Shown here: positions 59,065 through 64,000 of the stretch, in pieces
How the letters are laid out: each line of letters opens with the position of its first letter
How positions within the stretch are numbered: position 1 is the stretch's first letter
The notes under the pieces: model-generated
What the model saw: only the letters and a program-made list of their open reading frames with translations
Database searches by the model: none
Told to the model about the DNA's origin: nothing
Translations under genes and position numbers: made by a program
Assembly: GCA_963768055.1 (NCBI GenBank)
Contig: CAVYGN010000002.1
Coordinates: forward strand, 96,001 to 160,000
Reading direction: 5' to 3'
Source of the DNA: an uncultured Spirochaetota bacterium
Lineage (GTDB): Bacteria > Spirochaetota > Brevinematia > Brevinematales > JAOACQ01
Length of the DNA stretch: 64,000 nucleotides

Positions 59065-59611
59065 CTTTATAAACAATTTTGTTTTCAGCCGATTCCTGGG
59101 GTTCTGCCCCTTTTTCTCTGTTTCAAAAAGTCCCGGACCGGCTTTTATTATGGGACTTGCCGTTACAGTAATGATGACGGCATCCAGCGCTATTCTTTAT
59201 CCTTTGAATCATTACATCCTTGTTCCGTTTAAGCTCGACAAATTCCTTCAGACAGGCGTATTCGTTTTATTGACATACCTTTTAATCAGGACAGCTGAAT
59301 TTATAATGAAACGCTTCTTATCTGGTCTAAGCAAAGGCCCCGGCATATATTTTCCGCTCCTAACTTCCAATTGCGCGGTCCTGGGTGCGGCTTTCATCGT
59401 TATACGGGAAAATTATAATATTGCTCAAGGCCTCGTATTCAGTTTCGCTTCGGGAATAGGATTTACACTGGCCCTCTTTATGATGTCAAGTGCAAAAGAG
59501 AGGATTGACAGTTCAAATGTCCCCGCCGCTTTCAGGGATCTGCCGATCTCATTCATTTCAGCTGGCCTGATGGCTCTTTCCATGTACGGCTTCTCCGGGA
59601 TACTGAAATAA
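59024..59611 (+). CDS. rnfA: Rnf subunit A
   Basis: INNFVFSRFLGFCPF, GIYFPLLTSNCAVLG, VP..F...PI..I.AGLMAL...GF.G. Confidence 0.92.
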   Translation: MDFMKIMAVSFGAIFINNFVFSRFLGFCPFFSVSKSPGPAFIMGLAVTVMMTASSAILYPLNHYILVPFKLDKFLQTGVFVLLTYLLIRTAEFIMKRFLSGLSKGPGIYFPLLTSNCAVLGAAFIVIRENYNIAQGLVFSFASGIGFTLALFMMSSAKERIDSSNVPAAFRDLPISFISAGLMALSMYGFSGILK

Positions 59612-59614
59612 AAT

Positions 59615-59725
59615 TGTCATTTCGGGCGCAGCGAGAAATCCTCCAATTTATCAATTTCCCGACTCAGGGAAGATTTCTCTCACAGGGTAAACCCTTACAG
59701 GATGAACCCTTCGGTCGAAATGACA
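59615..59725. repeat. REP-like nested palindromic element between convergent rnfA and trxB
   Basis: TGTCATTTCG/CGAAATGACA ends with inner GAGAAATC/GATTTCTC pair; related short hairpin at 38555-38592. Confidence 0.7.
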
Positions 59726-59737
59726 TCACTTTTTGTA

Positions 59738-60718
59738 TCATTTATTCTCGCATTTTTTGTTTTCCAGGTAATCCTCCGCCATATACGCCGCGATCGCCCC
59801 GTCTCCTACGGCTGTCGATATCTGGCGAAGGGGGGTTTTCCTGCAGTCTCCGGCCGCAAATACCCCCTTAATTGTGGTCTGCATCAATTCATCGGTTATT
59901 ATATATCCGTCATGGTCTTTTTTTACATCGACCAGGGCTGTATTTGGGACATGGCCGATATATATGAAAAGTCCGTCTATCTCCAGGCCGCTTTCGGCGC
60001 CGGTTTTAACGTTCCTGATTCTGATTGAGCGTATTTTTTCATCCCCGATCACTTCGGTGACAACGCTGTCCCATATGAAATCCATTTTCGGGTTTTCGAA
60101 CGCCTTTTTTTGAAGTATTTTTTCAGCGCGCAGTTCATCGCGCCTGTGAATAACAGTTACCTTATCGGCGAAACGCGTCAGGAATAGACCTTCGGTTATC
60201 GCCGAGTCCCCGCCCCCAACAACGGCTACCTTTTTTTTCCTATATAAAGCCGCATCGCATGTTGCGCAGGTAGATATCCCCCTGCCCATATACCTGTCCT
60301 CGCCCTTGATCCCAAGGAGACGCGACATGGAACCTGTTGTGATAATAATGGATTTCGCCCTGAACAGTCTGGACTGCCCTTTTAAAATAAAAGTATCGCT
60401 ACCTGCTGTTTTTTCAATGGAATGGATCTCATCGGACTCGAAACCCGCCCCGAACTTTTTAGCCTGGTCTTCCATCCTCTTGGAAAGATCGAAACCGTTG
60501 ATCCCTTCATGAAAACCGGGATAATTCTCGATCAGGTCGGATACCATGGCCTGCCCGCCGGAACCCAGTTTTTCTATAACGAGGGTCGAGAGCAGTGCGC
60601 GGGAAGAGTAAATGGCGGCAGTAAGTCCCGCAGGCCCGGCCCCCACTATCACAGTGTCGAAAACCGTATCGGTATTTACAACAGCGGACTGGCCTGTATC
60701 TATTTCAAGCTTAAGCAT
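59738..60718 (-). CDS. trxB: Thioredoxin-disulfide reductase
   Basis: GAGPAG, IENYPG, CATCD, GGGDSA, HRRD, AAGD; ATG 60718 after AAGGAGG. Confidence 0.96.
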   Translation of the reverse strand: MLKLEIDTGQSAVVNTDTVFDTVIVGAGPAGLTAAIYSSRALLSTLVIEKLGSGGQAMVSDLIENYPGFHEGINGFDLSKRMEDQAKKFGAGFESDEIHSIEKTAGSDTFILKGQSRLFRAKSIIITTGSMSRLLGIKGEDRYMGRGISTCATCDAALYRKKKVAVVGGGDSAITEGLFLTRFADKVTVIHRRDELRAEKILQKKAFENPKMDFIWDSVVTEVIGDEKIRSIRIRNVKTGAESGLEIDGLFIYIGHVPNTALVDVKKDHDGYIITDELMQTTIKGVFAAGDCRKTPLRQISTAVGDGAIAAYMAEDYLENKKCENK

Positions 60719-60778
60719 CAAAGCCTCCTTTATCACCCTTCATACAATGTTATATCATAATTTTTTTTATTAAAAATT

Positions 60779-61372
60779 TCAAATAACGCCCTTTCTTAAA
60801 ATATCTCCCGGCAGTCCGGATTTTCGCAGGCATACAATCAACTCACTCATTGGGGCGCCGATCACGTTATCGAAACTCCCTTTAACAATGCTTATAAATT
60901 CATCCCTGTCCTGGACCGCGTAGCCCCCGGCATATTTTGTGACACGATGGTCCGAAACATAATCCGAAATGAATTTATCATCGATGGATTTAAAATTCAA
61001 TACGGTCTCCCCGACCCCAGAGGCCTCTACATTCCTTCGCCTGTTGATAACAGCATAACCGCTAAAAACAGATTGGGGCTTTCCGCTTAAAAAACGCAGG
61101 ATTTTCCGCGCTTCTTCCGGATCGGACGGCTTTCCTATAATAATGCCTTCACAGACTACAACCGTATCAAAACCGATAACAAAATCTAAGGGAAATTTTT
61201 CTGAAACTCTTAAGGCTTTATTTAAAGCAAGGATCCTTGTAAGTTCGGCCGGATTATCAGCTTTTATGCTTGATTCGTCGAAATCCGAGACGCTGACTTT
61301 AAATCTTGTGAAGTATTTTTTGAACAGCTGTTTTCTGCCCATTGACGCGCTTGCAAGGATGATCCGGTCCAT
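60779..61372 (-). CDS. maf: Maf family nucleoside-triphosphate pyrophosphatase
   Basis: IILASAS..R, DTVV, IGKP, LSGK, AGGY.VQ, NVIG.P. Confidence 0.9.
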   Translation of the reverse strand: MDRIILASASMGRKQLFKKYFTRFKVSVSDFDESSIKADNPAELTRILALNKALRVSEKFPLDFVIGFDTVVVCEGIIIGKPSDPEEARKILRFLSGKPQSVFSGYAVINRRRNVEASGVGETVLNFKSIDDKFISDYVSDHRVTKYAGGYAVQDRDEFISIVKGSFDNVIGAPMSELIVCLRKSGLPGDILRKGVI

Positions 61373-61384
61373 AAATAAAATCCG

Positions 61385-63193
61385 CTATTCGTCGTCGCTG
61401 CGTTTGAGAACCTCGATGAAGGCTTCCTGCGGTATATTGACATTACCTATAGTTTTCATACGCTTCTTGCCCTCCTTCTGCTTTTCAAGGAGCTTTCTTT
61501 TCCTTGTTATGTCCCCGCCGTAGCATTTCGCTGTAACATCCTTGCGGAGAGCCTTGATAGTTTCGCGGGCGATGATCTTGCTTCCGATAGCGGCCTGCAC
61601 CGGTATCTGGAACAGGTGCTGGGGGATAAGATCACGGAGTTTCTCGCATACATTACGGGCCCTTACATAAGCATTTTCCTCATGGACCATCTGGGCGAGG
61701 GCGTCAACCGGCTTTCCATTTACAAGGATTTCCATCCTGACGATCCTGCCGGGCCTGAATTCAAGAAATTCGTAATCGAACGATGCGTAACCCTTTGAAA
61801 AAGATTTGAGCTTGTCATAAAAATCATATATGATCTCGGCAAGGGGAAGCTCGCATTTCACCTCGACCCTTGTAGAATCTATGTACAGCATGTTCTTCTG
61901 GATCCCTCTCCTTTTCTGGATAAGGTCGAGGATAGTGCCCAGGAAATCGTTCGGCATTATTATACGCGCGCTCACGAAAGGTTCCTCTATGAGAGATACG
62001 TTCGAAGGGTCGGGCAGTTCCATCGCGCTTTCAATATAAATAGTTTCCCCGTTTGTAAGTTTTATCATATATTCTACGGAAGGTACGGTGGATATAATAT
62101 TCAGGTTGAATTCGTTCTCCACCCTTTCCTGGATTATCTGCAGATGAAGCAGGCCCAGGAAACCGCATTTGAAACCCATTCCCAGAGCGCCCGAATTCCA
62201 CTTGGCGAATGAAAGCGAAGCGTCGTTCAGCTTGAGCTTGAAGAGGGCTTCATTAAGTTCGTTGAATTGTTCCCCATCGATAGGGAAAAGCCCGGCGAAA
62301 ACATACTGCTTTGGAGGCTTGTAGCCTTCAAGGGGTTTGCTGCAGGGTCTTTCCTTCGAAGTGATCGTATCTCCTACGCCGAACTCCGAGATCGATTTTA
62401 TACCCGCTATTATATATCCAACCTCGCCCGCTTTGAGACCGTCCTTTTTAAGGAGGGACATCCTCATCAGCCCGGTCTCTTCGACATGATAATCCCTTTT
62501 GGAGAGCATGAAGGTTATCTCGTCGCCTGGACTCACCGAACCCTCGTAAACCCTGACCTTGACGATAACACCCCTGTAAATATCATAGTACGAATCGAAG
62601 ACAAGGGCTTTCAGGGGAGCGTTTTCATCTCCCCCGGGGGGAGGAATTCTCCCGACTATCGCCTCGAGAACTTCTTCGATCCCCAATCCCGACTTGGCGC
62701 TTATGAGAAGGGCTTCCTCCGGGGTCAGGCCGAGGTCTTTTTCTATTTGTTCCTTTACCATGTCCACATGAGCGCTGGGAAGGTCGATCTTGTTGATGAC
62801 AGGAACTATCTCAAGGTTCTGTTCGAAGGCCAGGTAGAAATTTGAAAGGGTCTGGGCCTGGATACCCTGTGAAGCGTCGATCAGAAGCAGAACGCCCTCG
62901 CAGGCCCCGAGACTCCTTGAAACTTCGTAGGTGAAGTCTACATGGCCTGGTGTATCGATAAGGTTCAGGGTATAATCGTTTCCGTCCCTGGCCCTGTAAG
63001 GGACCGATACCGTGTGCGCCTTCACGGTAATCCCATGGTCTTTCTCGACCTGCATTGAATCGAGAACCTGTTCGACGGTCTTCGATCTATCTATCACGCC
63101 GGTCCTTTCAAGTATCCTGTCGGCAAGTGTGGACTTGCCATGATCTATATGGGCAATAATAGAGAAATTTCTGATCTTATCCCTGTAGGACAT
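61385..63193 (-). CDS. lepA: Elongation factor 4
   Basis: IAHIDHGKSTLADR, DTPGHVDF, NKID, KCYGGDITRKRKLLEKQKEGKKRMK. Confidence 0.99.
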   Translation of the reverse strand: MSYRDKIRNFSIIAHIDHGKSTLADRILERTGVIDRSKTVEQVLDSMQVEKDHGITVKAHTVSVPYRARDGNDYTLNLIDTPGHVDFTYEVSRSLGACEGVLLLIDASQGIQAQTLSNFYLAFEQNLEIVPVINKIDLPSAHVDMVKEQIEKDLGLTPEEALLISAKSGLGIEEVLEAIVGRIPPPGGDENAPLKALVFDSYYDIYRGVIVKVRVYEGSVSPGDEITFMLSKRDYHVEETGLMRMSLLKKDGLKAGEVGYIIAGIKSISEFGVGDTITSKERPCSKPLEGYKPPKQYVFAGLFPIDGEQFNELNEALFKLKLNDASLSFAKWNSGALGMGFKCGFLGLLHLQIIQERVENEFNLNIISTVPSVEYMIKLTNGETIYIESAMELPDPSNVSLIEEPFVSARIIMPNDFLGTILDLIQKRRGIQKNMLYIDSTRVEVKCELPLAEIIYDFYDKLKSFSKGYASFDYEFLEFRPGRIVRMEILVNGKPVDALAQMVHEENAYVRARNVCEKLRDLIPQHLFQIPVQAAIGSKIIARETIKALRKDVTAKCYGGDITRKRKLLEKQKEGKKRMKTIGNVNIPQEAFIEVLKRSDDE

Positions 63194-63264
63194 AACCGCT
63201 CCGGCAAATTATTACTGTAATTATAATAGAAGAACGGTTATTTATCAAAATTGGCCGTTTTCCC

Positions 63265-63924
63265 CTATTTGGATCCTGTAATCACCAATCCAAAACCGTT
63301 TTCAGTGACGGAATAATTCCCCAGAAGACTGTTTCTCAATAGCTCGGATATTTCATTGACTAAATATGCGGAACGAATGCTCGAAATCAGGCCATTTTTC
63401 ATAGATCTCTGTTTTACCATCGATTTCATCAGAAACAACAGTATTGGATTTATATTCCTTTTCAGATCGCCGATAAAAATTTTCCCGCCTTTTTTCAAGA
63501 CCCTTTCGATTTCATTAAAAACAGATACGGGTTTCGCCCATTCATGAAGGGATCCGCTGGTAAAAACACCATCAAAAGTATTATCCTCGAAAGGGAAATT
63601 TTTCGTCGCGTCCGACAGTACATAATTAACCCTGTCCGTAAGTCTGTAGTCCCCGGCGTTCTTTTCAGCCAATTTTTTCATATCGGGGCTTATTTCCAGT
63701 CCGGTCAGAACGGTATTATCCGTTTTTTTCAGCCATTCGAGTCCGAGATAACCGGGACCGGGGCCTATCTCAAGGGCCTTGGTGCCGGAGGTTATTCCCG
63801 CCTTGATAACCAGGTCGGTCATTATCAAACCCCGGTCCCTCATCCCCTTCTGGAAGGCGTTATAATCTGCAACAATACTTTCCCCCATTATCCCGCCTGT
63901 TTCAGGTACTCTGACTTTTTTCAT
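63265..63924 (-). CDS. Class I SAM-dependent methyltransferase
   Basis: LEIGPGPG, PFEDNTFD, SLHEW, RVLKKGG; start ATG 63924 after AAGGAG. Confidence 0.88.
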   Translation of the reverse strand: MKKVRVPETGGIMGESIVADYNAFQKGMRDRGLIMTDLVIKAGITSGTKALEIGPGPGYLGLEWLKKTDNTVLTGLEISPDMKKLAEKNAGDYRLTDRVNYVLSDATKNFPFEDNTFDGVFTSGSLHEWAKPVSVFNEIERVLKKGGKIFIGDLKRNINPILLFLMKSMVKQRSMKNGLISSIRSAYLVNEISELLRNSLLGNYSVTENGFGLVITGSK

Positions 63925-64000
63925 AACATTCTCCTTATATAGTTTAACTATAATATTAAACCTTGTATATTTAGTCATCAGTGGGTAGCTAACTACAGAC

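Overview
A gene-dense bacterial chromosomal window, probably from a spirochaete. This is an inference from the lipoprotein signal style, an L34 ending -LTVSDE and the CtpA/Rnf/MCP content. Housekeeping genes include secA, purM, accD, lptB, rpmH-rnpA-yidD, tRNA-Phe, tRNA-Thr, trxB, maf and lepA. The window also holds an incomplete, divergent rnfCDEA operon, a TolC-MarR-EmrA-EmrB efflux locus, a MoxR-DUF58-DUF4129 locus, two S41 proteases, a HigBA toxin-antitoxin pair, a GH5 lipoprotein cut by the left edge, a secreted ankyrin-esterase and a 1757-aa kinase-ATPase-GAF-PP2C protein. The best candidate for a new system is at about 15.1-22.5 kb: a mostly AT-rich cluster with an AfsA-type hotdog enzyme fused to a PilZ-like domain, two HAD phosphatases, two SDRs and two stand-alone condensation/PapA5-like acyltransferases. 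It looks like a putative butyrolactone/butenolide small-molecule pathway with a possible c-di-GMP link. Several non-coding repeat families are visible: a 111-bp MITE-like element, a GGGG...CCCC element with long terminal inverted repeats, a 9-bp-period inverted-repeat cassette carrying an orphan gene, and a REP-like palindrome. A fold-back tandem triplication at the rnfA start creates two translationally coupled mini-ORFs. All family calls come from motif recognition by eye; no searches were run.
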